In this document: piece after piece, positions 36,801 to 48,292 of the stretch
Layout of the letters: each line of letters starts with the position of its first letter
Position numbering within the stretch: position 1 is the stretch's first letter
DNA from: Azolla caroliniana
Lineage: Eukaryota; Plantae; Polypodiophyta
Direction: 5' to 3'
NCBI GenBank assembly: GCA_043228905.1
Contig: JBHGNT010000004.1
Location: 22,010,001-22,074,000, forward strand
Length of the DNA: 64,000 nt
Notes under the pieces: generated by a model
What the model saw: only the letters and a program-made list of their open reading frames with translations
The model's database searches: none
Told to the model about the DNA's origin: nothing
Translations under genes and position numbers: made by a program

Positions 36801-37490
36801 GAAATTCAGATGAAAGTGAATATATAAACAACCACGAAAATGCACAAAGCAATTTCCACGATAAAAACATAACTTATAAATGCAAAAAAAAGAGGAATTC
36901 GCAGGAAAAAATTAATATGTATGGAAGAAGACAAGAATAACATATACTCACAAGAGATGGAAACACGTATCTGATCAGCTACGAGCAGAAATTAATACTA
37001 GAGAATGCATATCTATCCGACAGCAGAAGAAAGGAATGCAAAAGAACAGTAATGAGGGGGGGGGGTGGGGGGAAGTACTTGGAAGGATGGGATGATCCCG
37101 AGAGAAATGGCAGACCTCCAAGACGAGCCAAGCCATGGCGAGGAGCAAGAGGAGCAAGGGCAAGCATCCATGGATCCTCCCAAACAGCCTCCGAGCAGCA
37201 GCAGAGACGGAAGCGGAAGAGTCGTCGCGTCGACGAAGAAGATGATGGGGCTTACTCTTCTTCCTGGATTTCCTGTGTGCTCGGGTAGACTTGAAGAAGG
37301 CAGTGTCTTCCATGTCCTCTTGGTGCGCGGAGGAGGAGTTGTGGTTGTAGAGATGAGGAGGAAAGAGGGAGGAGGAGGCGGTGCTCTCGGATCTCTGCAG
37401 GGAGAGGGAGGAGGAAGAAGAGGATGGAGATGGAGATGGAGATGGGGATAGTGATGGAGAAGAAGGCCAGGGGGGCTTGCGAGGATCCAT
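33866..37490 (-). CDS. DUF616 (TOD1/MUCI70-like glycosyltransferase-family) type II membrane protein, 7 exons
   Basis: Predicted exons: 37490-37116 (donor uncertain), 36363-36237, 36071-35884, 35723-35547, 35454-35299, 34816-34540 and 34095-33866, all GT-AG. Motifs VHCGF, TCNFGGGD, RLNGKIPK, YSIWVDSK, LWFNEV and TARDQLSFPYV. Confidence 0.9.
34203..34356. mobile_element. Foldback MITE in DUF616 intron 6
   Basis: CAAAAACACATCAGAATCCCCTAAGTTT matches the reverse complement of AAACTTTAGGGGTATTCTGGTGTTTTG. Confidence 0.7.
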
Positions 37491-37849
37491 GGCTTTTGAG
37501 AGACAGAGGGACAGGCCTTGAACAGAGTAGTGAGATCTATTGCAATTTGCTGCTGCTACTGCTACTGCTACTGCTACTGCTACTGCTACTGCCCGAAGAA
37601 GAAGAAGGAGAAAGAAGAAGAAGAAGAGTAGAGGAATTGAAATCTACATACAAATTGCCCACTACTCTGTTTCTCATTCTTCCATTCTTCCATTCTTCCA
37701 TTCGTCCATTCGTCCATTCGTCCATTCTTCTTGTAAGCTTGACATGAATGATTCATGAATAATGAAACCTTCACTATACATATGTGAATAATGTGTGTAT
37801 GTACATTGTTTTGTACAGAAACGGGGGGAATTTATGGGAAATGTGGGTT

Positions 37850-39780
37850 ATATATGTATGCTCTTCGAGACTAGAATCTCTAGAACACTTCGCTTATGGG
37901 CATGCTCTCATGCCCACGAAGTTTGGTCGAAAGTGATGAGAATACTAATGACGAGCTGCCCCTGGAAGGCTCCCCCCCTATCTTTGGGATTTGCATTATG
38001 GACCATGGTGCAAATTGGAGAAGAAAGCTTGGATATCATGGAACCTAGGTAGACTCAAGGCTTTTTGTGTGTAGAGAAATCAATACATTGTACAACTAGC
38101 AATGGAAATGCAGATTTGGTGTTCGAATAGACTGCATGACATCTAGCCCACTCTAGCCTCTATCACGCTATGGAACATCTGGAAATCCAGATGCAAAATA
38201 TGTCTCTTGGGAGAAGAAAGTTGACCAATGGAGACAATCACTGTAATATGGTATGATCTCTAGTAATGAATATACAAGCTCGATATAAAGAGTTGCAAGG
38301 ATCTTCAGACAATATGGAAGTTGCAAGACTTTCCTTTCAACAATCATGGTCAAATTCTCCATTGGTGGACTACATAGATAGCATGCCAAAGTGGTGTTAC
38401 ACCACGCCAAAATGGTTATTTCTGCTTGGCAACCCAACCAAGAAGATACATGGTATTTTTCTGAAATTTTGCAAGTAATTGGAAGTCTAGATAATACACA
38501 CATACTACAAGATGATAAACACAGACCGGGATAATGTGGTAGATAGAATTATTGATTGTCTATGATTAAATTTTTGTTGTACATATTGGAGTGTAACGAC
38601 AATCTACCTAACTAATGGGAAGTATCATTTTCTTACAAAACAAAAATGGATGTATGTATGTATGAATGAATGTGTTTCTGTGTGGGTATGTGTTTGTGTC
38701 TCTCTTTCTGTTTGTTCATACCACCGCTTCTTCGATCCCCCATGAGGTCTCCGTTCATCCATCACTCCGACCCCTTGTGATCGTCGAACCCACCTCATAC
38801 CCGACCAACTGTCCACCAGGTGTTAAAGATCCATCAGGGGAGGAGCCTAAATCGTGACATGTGGGAGCGAGTGTCCCGACATAATCGAACTCAAATTCTC
38901 TTCATTTTTTTTATGACTTCGATGCTATGGTGGAAATGAAGCCAATTGACGAAGAAAGAGAGAAAGGGATGGTGATATATATTGATGTCTCCCATGAGGG
39001 ACCAAATGTAATAAAGGAAACCAACGTTTGTTACATATCATTCTCCTTGGACAAGTGGGCCAGAAATCATTAAAATGGTATGTGCAAACAAGAAGAGTGA
39101 AAGCTAAATGAAAAGTGAACTTGTTTCCTAATTTTCGCTTGCCCATCCTAGAGAAAGGAGGGGGGATTTCAATGCTCTACCAATCCTAATGGAATTTGTC
39201 ATCCATCAATACACAACACAAAAGAGGAGACTCAACCAACAATTATTAAACTACTATAACATATTGTGTGTGTCCTTGTTTCCTTCTTCTATTTCATAAT
39301 TCAGAATTAAAAATCTGGTCATTTGGCGTACAATTACGTCATTGGCTCTTTGGATAATATGGAAAGCGAGATGTGATTCTGTTTTTAACAATGCCCATAT
39401 ACAACTCAACACTATGCTTATTGAATTCTGGATGTTGTTTGTTCACACACTTCATGGGCAATATGATGATCTACAGGGTTCGGATGATGTTTTGTGGCAA
39501 CGGCAAGTGGCCTTTAAGAACCGATGGCAAGGACTCCAATTATTTTCAAAGAAAACTGTTGGTCCAAAGTGGAATTATGCCATACCTTTGTTTATGTTGG
39601 ATAGTGGATAGTAAGTATTGTTCTACTTGTTCATATATGACATCATCTGTATCATCAGATGTACTAGCTTTTGTATCTTACAAAAGAAGTGAGATGAAAT
39701 GTCTCCTTCTGTTTTTCCTATGTAGACTTTTCAAGTAATATACTAAGGTATATCTTCCTTTAAATAAAAAAGACATATTA
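37850..39780 (+). mobile_element. LINE 3' fragments interrupted by other repeats, including a putative small LTR at 38592-38859
   Basis: H.LWAC..A..VW at ~37890 and ALWIIWKARCDSVFN at 39342. TGTAACGA...TCGTGACA termini at 38592-38859. Confidence 0.55.
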
Positions 39781-40199
39781 TGTGTGTCCCTCATGGGTTC
39801 TCGCATATGATGTGTTGTTGGATATGCAATTACTTGCTTAAGATCTTCAAGACTTTTAAGTGTACAATTTTTACCAAACTCATTCAAATACATGAAGCAT
39901 GAACTAGGTAATCATAATTGTGAGACCAATAAGTTCTTCAAAGGGTTACATTCCTCCCACACTTGATTGAGTGTAGTGCATTTGGAAATGGCTAGTAATT
40001 TGAGTAATGATTCCCAAGTCATTATTGATCAATTTAGTTAATATTTACTTTTTTTAGGCCAAGAATGCATCCTTAATGATGAGATATGATATAAGCAAGC
40101 TCAATGTTGTTTGTATCAATCAATGAGAAGGTTGTCCTAAGGACATCATGATATTTTCAGTGTACATAGCTATTGACTAGCTAAGGAATGGTAATAATA

Positions 40200-40525
40200 A
40201 TTCTTAATGATACATCTAGATATGCATAAGTTTGTGCTTATGATGTGCATTTGAAGAGATTCAGTTGATCTTGCATGGCATGGTCAAATACTAGGAGATG
40301 CTAACCTTCGTTGCCATTTAGGTTACCCCATTGACGTTGATATATCACCCTCTCAAAGTTTGAATTGGATATCAAGTACAATCTTGGATAAATTGGTACA
40401 TCAAAGGTCTCAATTCAAAGTGGTATTGGCAAAAATTATTCATATCATTTCTAACTTTTTTGTAATTGCTACAACGGACAAAGAAATCACTTGATCCATT
40501 GGCGCATTCATTAAAGTACACATTT
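40200..40525 (+). mobile_element. LINE fragment of the same family as 5340-7814
   Basis: Similar to 6680-7010 (TTAGGTTACCC...AAAGTTTGAATTGGATATC). Ends next to (TG)n at 40537-40594. Confidence 0.7.
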
Positions 40526-40533
40526 CATGACAT

Positions 40534-40598
<65 letters not shown>

Positions 40599-40869
40599 AG
40601 AATTGACACCAAATTTGGAAGATTATATGGCTACTCAAATATTCAACATCTTAATATATCATCATAGTTTTCACAAATCACACTATACGCTAAGCATATA
40701 ACAAACATGTGATATTCATCCTCTACAAGCCCTTGCTCGCATACCTTACATGCCTTTATATTTGACACATGTTGATGGCATAACACAACTTCGATACCTA
40801 GCGTGTGTTCAGGGTCTACAAGAGTTAGTACTCACGTTAGTAACGATATAAAGTTAAATATGGTCAATA

Positions 40870-42450
40870 TTCATTCTTTCTTTTTCCAAAATATTTCCTT
40901 CATTAGTATTAAGAAAAACGTTGAAAGGCTACAAAATGTATAAGCAGAGAGTGTTTTATACAAAGGGGTGATGATATTTCTAGGTCGGTCCTTGAGAGGA
41001 ATCCGTGAATAAAGGCAGCTTCCTCTATAACTACAATAATTTTTTCCTTTTCTTAAGAACAACCTCTGAAGAGCCCGACATATTGTCATATTGCCCATGC
41101 ACTACTGCCAATTACCTCTCCCATAATTCCGGCAATATATCTAAGAGAAGAGGAATTATGGAATCATATCGTCTTTTACAACGATACTTCCATAAGATCC
41201 ATAATGTAACCATAGATATTGTTTTCCATACATGGGCTACACGCATTTGCTTGCGAGGTTGCTGAAAAGGGGAGACAGGAATTAGATGCATGTTGATGAC
41301 TATCATAGCCTTTGAAGCATCATCTGCCTCATACAACAAGAGACTAGAATGGAGAACCCCCCATACCGCTAATCCCCAGGAGAAGAGACAACTTGAATTA
41401 ATTGTCAGGAATAAAGAAAGAACTTAACTCTATAACTGCTATGCTAGTGAGCAAGACCAGAGAGCATGCTTGGTAGTTTCCTGCATGTCACTGCAATAAC
41501 TGGATTGTCTAAGAACGGTTGCCACAATCTCCTTTCAATGACTGACGTATTGTTAGTGTTGCATGTAGTAAAAGCCATCTGAAGATAATATATTTGGTTG
41601 GTCCCGGAAAGACCAAATCCATTTCCAATCAGTCTTCAAATGAATGCTTGAAACACCCCACTTATTCTGGTGCTTTTGAGCTCTAGGAGCTAGAATATTC
41701 TTAGACATGAGTAAGGTTCTGCCAAATTTCAGTGTACTGAAAGAATGGAACTTTCTGCAATGGATCCATCACGGGACTAGTCTAGAACCATCCCCTTGGG
41801 TTCCACATCAACCTACTAACTGGCTATCGTGCATATAACGAGAGCATATCCCACAAATGAGCTACTAATGATTGTGGATCCAGTAGTCATTTCTTACCAA
41901 ATTTGGCAATCACCCTAACTGGAACAACGAGCAAGTTCTGTAGTAAATTATCTGGAGCAGGTCAATATGCATTCTTGCCTTAAATTGAAACCCAACATTC
42001 AAGGTTGATGTTTGCAATGTAATATCCTAAGTTTTTCTTTTTAGCATCTGCCCACTTCTTCATAGTGGTTCCATTAACCTTTCCTCAATAACTACATATT
42101 GCGGTGCTTCAATTGAAATCTTTAAGAGATCCTCCACACCCCATTTTTTAACTATTTTTTTATGTCAACTACCCAACTAGATGAGAGAATTTTCTTCTTG
42201 TGATTCATTTTAGTTTACATCCAACAATCCAAGCAAGATTTGGGAAGTTCATATGTTATTATAGGGGTGGATATAAATGTGCAACCTCATCTTATAGAAT
42301 GGATAGTTTTTTATTAGCAAACCTTTCTCGACTAATATCCAAAATCTTCAAGGCCTATTATATTTATGGTCATAGTTGAACTTAATTGTTTCCATATCTT
42401 AGTAAATTGTGCTTTTATATTTCACATTGACGTTACTCAAGATGACTTTT
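40870..42450 (-). mobile_element. Degenerate L1 LINE 3' region
   Basis: VWKTISMVTLWILWKYRCKRRYD is a typical L1 ORF2 C-terminus. Confidence 0.65.
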
Positions 42451-42786
42451 TCCATTCAATAGCAAAAAGGTATAAATAGGTATGTACTAAAAAATATCAT
42501 TAAAGCACACTTGAATTGCCTACAAAAAAGATATAATAGGTGAATCTTCTAAGTACGAATGTTTCTTGCTAGCTGATTTTCTATTCAATTGTTACAGTTT
42601 TAACTACCACAAGATAAGCTATGGTTATGTTACAGACACCCTTCTTCTCTCTCTCTCTTTATTATCTTATCTATTTCCTTATTTATATGCTTACATTAGA
42701 ATAAATCTCTGAAAACAACATGGTTTGTAATAGCAATTGATGGTTTTTTGTTTTCAAAGGTCAAAGGTTGCAAAAGTTTTTGTGAA

Positions 42787-43135
42787 AGTTGTATATAATG
42801 ATACATGATGGAGTTTAGCTTTCTATTTTGTTCCAATCAAGTTGTATATAATGATACATTACATGATGGAGTTTAGCTTTCTATTTTGTTCCAATCAAGT
42901 TGTATATAATGATACATTACATGATGGAGTTTAGCTTTCTATTTTGTTCCAATCAAGTTGTATATAATGATACATTACATGATGGAGTTTAGCTTTCTAT
43001 TTTGTTCCAATCAAGTTGTATATAATGATACATTACATGATGGAGTTTAGCTTTCTATTTTGTTCCAATCAAGTTGTATATAATGATACATTACATGATG
43101 GAGTTTAGCTTTCTATTTTGTTCCAATCAAGTTGC
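42787..43135. repeat. 58-bp minisatellite, ~6 copies
   Basis: The unit AAGTTGTATATAATGATACATTACATGATGGAGTTTAGCTTTCTATTTTGTTCCAATC repeats without spacers. Confidence 0.95.
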
Positions 43136-43569
43136 ATATTGTCTCAGTGAGCACCTAATGTCCTTACCTTCTCATTTGACTCCATTTGGTTGATCACCAC
43201 CGAGTTTAATCTCCCCTTACTCCCTTCTTAGATATCTTTGGTTAACATAGGCAACACTTAGAAATAAACTAAAGCCATAGGATCAAATTCTTTCTTTTTT
43301 GCATAGCAAAATTGTTGGCAACAAAAGACACCACGAAATGTATTCTTTAGATGGTATTTATCTCAAAGGCTTAACAAGTGTGTTCTAGACATGGATCCAA
43401 CATGTGCCTGTATTCACAAAGCATTGATGCATTGGAGATGGATGAGACACCCCCTTCATAAAGCATTTCTTTTTGTGCACTTAATTTAACCCTCCTGAAC
43501 TATATTGAATTTCAGTGTCAAAGAAAAAGCTTTTTGAATGAAAAAATCCATTAAGAAGCCAGTTTGATA

Positions 43570-45594
43570 TCAGCCATGATCAATGCATGCTTTTAAAAGC
43601 TCAAGATTACCATACAAGTTTGCGTGCTCACACAAAGATGTCCATCCAATAATATTGCATCTGTAAGGCATAGTTATGAGCACGTCTTTAGCTTCATCTA
43701 AATTACCTGCCCGTGCAAAAAGATCAACCAAACAATTATAATGCTCTATGCTTGGTGTGACACCATAATTTTCTTGCATCATTTTAAAAAGTTCTTGACC
43801 TTTAGCTCCGAAACCTAAATGGGAGCAAGCTGAAAGAAGAGATGAAAAGATTACCTCATTGGGCCTCAATCCGTCTTCAGCTTGCATCTTATGAAAATAT
43901 CGTAAGGCCAATGTGAAACCACCACATTGGGCATGTCCAGTGATCATTGCACCCCATGCAATGATATCTCGTTCTGATAGACTACTGAATGTTATCGAAG
44001 CATCCTCGAGTCTATTGCATTTCACATACATATCAACAAGAGAGCTCCCCATGGATATGTTTGCTTCCAGCGCAATCTCGATAACAACATTATGGAGTAA
44101 CTTCCCAATTTCTAACGCTCCTATGCTAGAGCATGCTTTTACAACGCCAAGATAGAATACCTTATCCATATCCATAACTTCATATGGCATTTGTTGAAAA
44201 AGTCTCAAAGCCTCTTCTCCTTGATCATGCTGAGCATATGCCCCTATCAATGTGTTCCATGTCACTTGGTCTCTCTGAGGCAACAAGTCAAATATGACAT
44301 GGGCTAATGACAAGTATCCTTCCTTTGCATACATATCAATAAGTGTGTTCCCTTGGGCAACATCCAATTTCAATCCATTTCTCCACAATTCATCATGATT
44401 AGGTTTGCTTCGGTCAGAGACCTTCATCCTCGAACATGCCATGAGAAGGCTATTATGTGTGATATTGTTTGGTTTTATGCCTTCTTGTTGCATTTTACTA
44501 TAAAGAAGAAGAGCTTCTTCATTGAGCCCGTGATGGACATATCCTGATATCATGGCACCCCATGTGATTACATTCCTTGCTATGGACCCATCAAACACTC
44601 TTTGTGCATCTTTTACACTCCCGCATTTCATGTACATGTCAACGAGGGCACTATTGACAAACACATCACCTCTACAACAACAACACATGGTGATATACAC
44701 ATGGATTCTCTTTCCTTGAGGGAGTATACCTATGCAAGAACAAGCTTGCAATGTAGATACAAAAGTGATGTTATTCGAGCATATACCCTCCTCTTGCATT
44801 CTATAGAAAAGGTTAATTGCCTCATCGCCAAATCCATCTTGCGCATATCCTCCGATCAATGCACTCCATGTCACAACATCTGGAGTTTTTGCACTATTTT
44901 GTATCATATTTGCATCCAAAAGACTGCCACATTTGCAATACATATCAACAAGTATATTGATGACATAAAGCCTTGTTTCATAGCCATATTCTACGATTTT
45001 GATATGAATGCTCCTACCATGATCTAAGGATTTCATGTCACAGCAAGCCTTGAGGACTGCTACAAATGTGTTTGCACCCGGCCAGACATTTCTTTCTTGC
45101 ATATGACAGTATAGATCCATCGCATGGTTAGAATCTCCTAGCTTTGCATTTGCAAAGATGATTGTGTTCCAAGCCAACTCGCTAGGTTCTTGAATCTTCT
45201 CGAATATGCTGTTCGCTTCCAATAATCTTCCATTTATAGCGAAAAGCCGAATGAGAAGGCTTCCTAAGAAGGGATCGGAAGCGAGATTGCTCCTCCGAAT
45301 TCGGTTATGGATCTCCTCGCAAATGAATATGCTCCTTCTAGTTTTGAGGCATTCTTTCAGAAGGTCATAAAATATGCCCTTTGGGATAGATACTCCATTC
45401 TGATACATGGAATCCACTACTCGAAGAGATGCATGGAGACCCTGAATTTGATTCTGGATAGCATTGACGGTATACACTCTTTTCACAAGACAAAACGCGG
45501 AGGGATATGAAGAAATGGTCGTCAATGTATGTAGAGAAATGGATACGTGAGCTCCTCTTGTGAAGAAACGAAGGAAGAAGAGTATGACCAGCAT
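43570..45594 (-). CDS. PLS-class pentatricopeptide repeat protein with truncated E domain (no DYW), intronless, 674 aa
   Basis: Repeated LVDMY.KCG / VVTW..LI.GYAQ / TF...L.AC motifs. Ends HYNCLVDLFARAG.LDEA...MP....GWTSL...YGNLEL. Confidence 0.93.
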   Translation of the reverse strand: MLVILFFLRFFTRGAHVSISLHTLTTISSYPSAFCLVKRVYTVNAIQNQIQGLHASLRVVDSMYQNGVSIPKGIFYDLLKECLKTRRSIFICEEIHNRIRRSNLASDPFLGSLLIRLFAINGRLLEANSIFEKIQEPSELAWNTIIFANAKLGDSNHAMDLYCHMQERNVWPGANTFVAVLKACCDMKSLDHGRSIHIKIVEYGYETRLYVINILVDMYCKCGSLLDANMIQNSAKTPDVVTWSALIGGYAQDGFGDEAINLFYRMQEEGICSNNITFVSTLQACSCIGILPQGKRIHVYITMCCCCRGDVFVNSALVDMYMKCGSVKDAQRVFDGSIARNVITWGAMISGYVHHGLNEEALLLYSKMQQEGIKPNNITHNSLLMACSRMKVSDRSKPNHDELWRNGLKLDVAQGNTLIDMYAKEGYLSLAHVIFDLLPQRDQVTWNTLIGAYAQHDQGEEALRLFQQMPYEVMDMDKVFYLGVVKACSSIGALEIGKLLHNVVIEIALEANISMGSSLVDMYVKCNRLEDASITFSSLSERDIIAWGAMITGHAQCGGFTLALRYFHKMQAEDGLRPNEVIFSSLLSACSHLGFGAKGQELFKMMQENYGVTPSIEHYNCLVDLFARAGNLDEAKDVLITMPYRCNIIGWTSLCEHANLYGNLELLKACIDHG

Positions 45595-45613
45595 CCTTCC
45601 TCCTCTTCCTTAC

Positions 45614-45644
<31 letters not shown>

Positions 45645-45717
45645 CTTCTTTCCATCACTCTGATTTCTTCTGATAGTGTTGCAGTTCTTCTTCTTCCTGC
45701 TCTGAGGTTTTTTATGA

Positions 45718-45925
45718 GCAGGGGAATCTACCCAAATACCCATTTAAATCTACCCAAATACTTATTACTTGATTAGGAGGGTAAATCTACCCAAATACCC
45801 ATTTAAATCTACCCAAATACACATTGCTTGATTAGCAAGGGTAAATCTATCCAAATACCCATTTAAATCCACCCAAATACAGATTGCTTGATTAGCAGGG
45901 TAAAGCTATCCAATTACCCATTACT
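45718..45925. repeat. ~59-bp tandem repeat (3.5 copies) upstream of the PPR gene
   Basis: Unit GGGTAAATCTACCCAAATACCCATTTAAATCTACCCAAATAC..TTGCTTGATTAGCA. Confidence 0.88.
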
Positions 45926-47237
45926 TTTCCTCTGGACCTTACCTTCTGAAATTGCGCCCCATTTTCCGGCATCATCGAACATACTATCAACATGCCGACA
46001 ACAAGTGTTCGGAGTTGTCGCAGTCGATCTATCGCTACACGAGAGAGCACATACCCAGTTGAGAGCTTAACACTACATCTTGTATATATATGGTGCGTAT
46101 ACATACACGTTATGTATGCCCATTGCCTGTAATTTCAAGTGGGATTCCGAACTAATGGCTACGACATTGTCGAGTCCATGCATGCCGTGATGAAATGTCC
46201 TCTCTGAACATATAAGAGCCATCATCATTGGGAAGCATCCGAGGGGCTCTAGTCGAGACTCCTTAAGAACGGTAGTTGCAATCGAGATGAGGCATCTCGA
46301 TGGGGCTCTACGATAGGTCAACCTTATCAATCCTATTGTCTCGATTTTGTCTCGGTGTAGTGTTTGTGCATTCTCATTTTCTTGAACAAGTGAGCAAGTT
46401 GTAAGATATATCTTGTTTGGTCCTATAAGCTCACATTTTCCCCTTCAAAGAGGTTAATACATTGTGTCTCCTTCTCTCTCGGAACATGCAATTATACTAA
46501 TTGTATGTGAAAACTACTACATTGTTTCCACAACTAATCTAATGTCACCGTTAAGTGGGTTGTGGAACATGATGAAGTGTCAATATATAAGAACAACATG
46601 GCTTGCTTCATGTAAAGAGAATTGTCAAGTTGTTAATCCCTTTAACTACCATAGGTTTGCATTAACTCTTTATATCTACCATCAAAATGAAAAGCATTTC
46701 ACATTTCCCAATTATCATGCAATTCCCAATACATCAAAAAGAGAAGAATGACCTTCTACACTCATTTGAATAACCTTATATTGGCTTATGTCCCTTACCT
46801 CTATTAGAAAATGGTTGGTTCTTTTTCTGCCTTTGGCTCCACCATAGTTTACTTTAAAATAACATTTTGGTCTTCTTCCATTCAATGTGCTCAAAAAGTG
46901 TCGCCTTGGAGTACTATGGAAAGGATCTTAATTTACTTAAGCAATGCAGATCTTACTTATCAAACTTATTTTGTACATTGGTTCTTGAGTGACAACATCG
47001 GGGTACACTATTTTAAATCCTCAAGTCTTCATTCATTTTAGTGACGTTGCGAAGTTGACAATGCAATTCAAATTTCAAAAACTTATTTAAGCTCAATCAT
47101 TATCACCTACATCTCGTTGCCCCTTTTTTCTTGTCATGCATATTACAGCTATAGCTCAAGCATGTGACAAATTCAAGCTATAATTTGTTCCTTTGCCATG
47201 AAATTCAAGCATTATCCCAAATCATCAATTTGTTTTG

Positions 47238-47405
47238 TGGTGAATTTTTAAATTTATACATGGTCTGCAAATTTAGCTTGTGTTGTCTCAATCTTGACAT
47301 TTAATGCAATGACATGGATTCCCTGGTGAAATTTTAAATTTATACAGTCTGCAAATTTAATTTCTGTTGTCTCAATCTTGACATTTAATGCAATGGCATA
47401 GATTC
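47238..47405. repeat. ~87-bp tandem duplication
   Basis: GTGAA.TTTTAAATTTATACA...GTCTCAATCTTGACATTTAATGCAATG occurs twice. Confidence 0.8.
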
Positions 47406-48292
47406 GCCAATTAATGCTTTAAGTTTCCCTTTTGAGTTTTATCAATTTCATCCTATAGCAACAGACACAATATAGATTCTAATTCCAAGTTGAACAGATG
47501 CACGCTCAACAAGTCAAACTATACACATTCATAAATTCGTGAAGATAAATATCGCTTCTTGCATGACAATTCAAATGTCATACTCAAAACTCCACCCAGA
47601 AGAGCGAGTATATACGTGCCGTGCATACATTATTTATATACAGTTTTTGCTACGAGGTAATAACCACCCTATCTCTATCATAAAAACAAATCTCTATCAT
47701 AAAAGCAAGTTGGAACTAAATGGAGGGTGGCCATTGAAGAAAAACCAATGGTCCTTGAATCCATTCACATGCACTACCCATAAATAAAACTGTAAATTTG
47801 AACCTCGAAATAGTGGGCATATGTAGACAAACAAACACACACAAATGCATATAACAGGTATACATGCATACGAACTCCAAATTTGAAAACAATGTTACAT
47901 TTTAGTCTGTTAAAATATCTGAACCTCCAAATGTTAGAAACTTTTACATTTTGGTCATGGTAGTCCAAAACCAAAACAAATCAGAGGTGAAATTTATGAA
48001 ATATTTCACTTTTCAGTATGTACCACAAAGTTACATATTGTGTGATTTACTCACCAGAGCACCAAAAAAACGATGCCACACATTAATGAATGGAAATAAT
48101 TTGTACGAAGAATTTAGTAAAGCTGCTCTCTATAAGAAATACCATAGCTCCTCTTGTATTTGTGTGATTCAAACCCCTCGATGAGGCAGTTTTTTGAGCA
48201 GCAATGAGACTACAAAAAGGAGGTTAACAGCCATCCTATATCCCCTTGTCAAAAAGGATAAACAATCGAAAATTATCTGTTATGAATAATCC

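Noticed and set aside
37424-37774. Low-complexity ORFs (also 25857, 45365 and 52920-53448)
   Set aside because: They are translations of microsatellites in UTRs and promoters.
42787-43135. CRISPR-like array
   Set aside because: The units are contiguous and identical with no unique spacers, the context is eukaryotic, and there are no cas genes.
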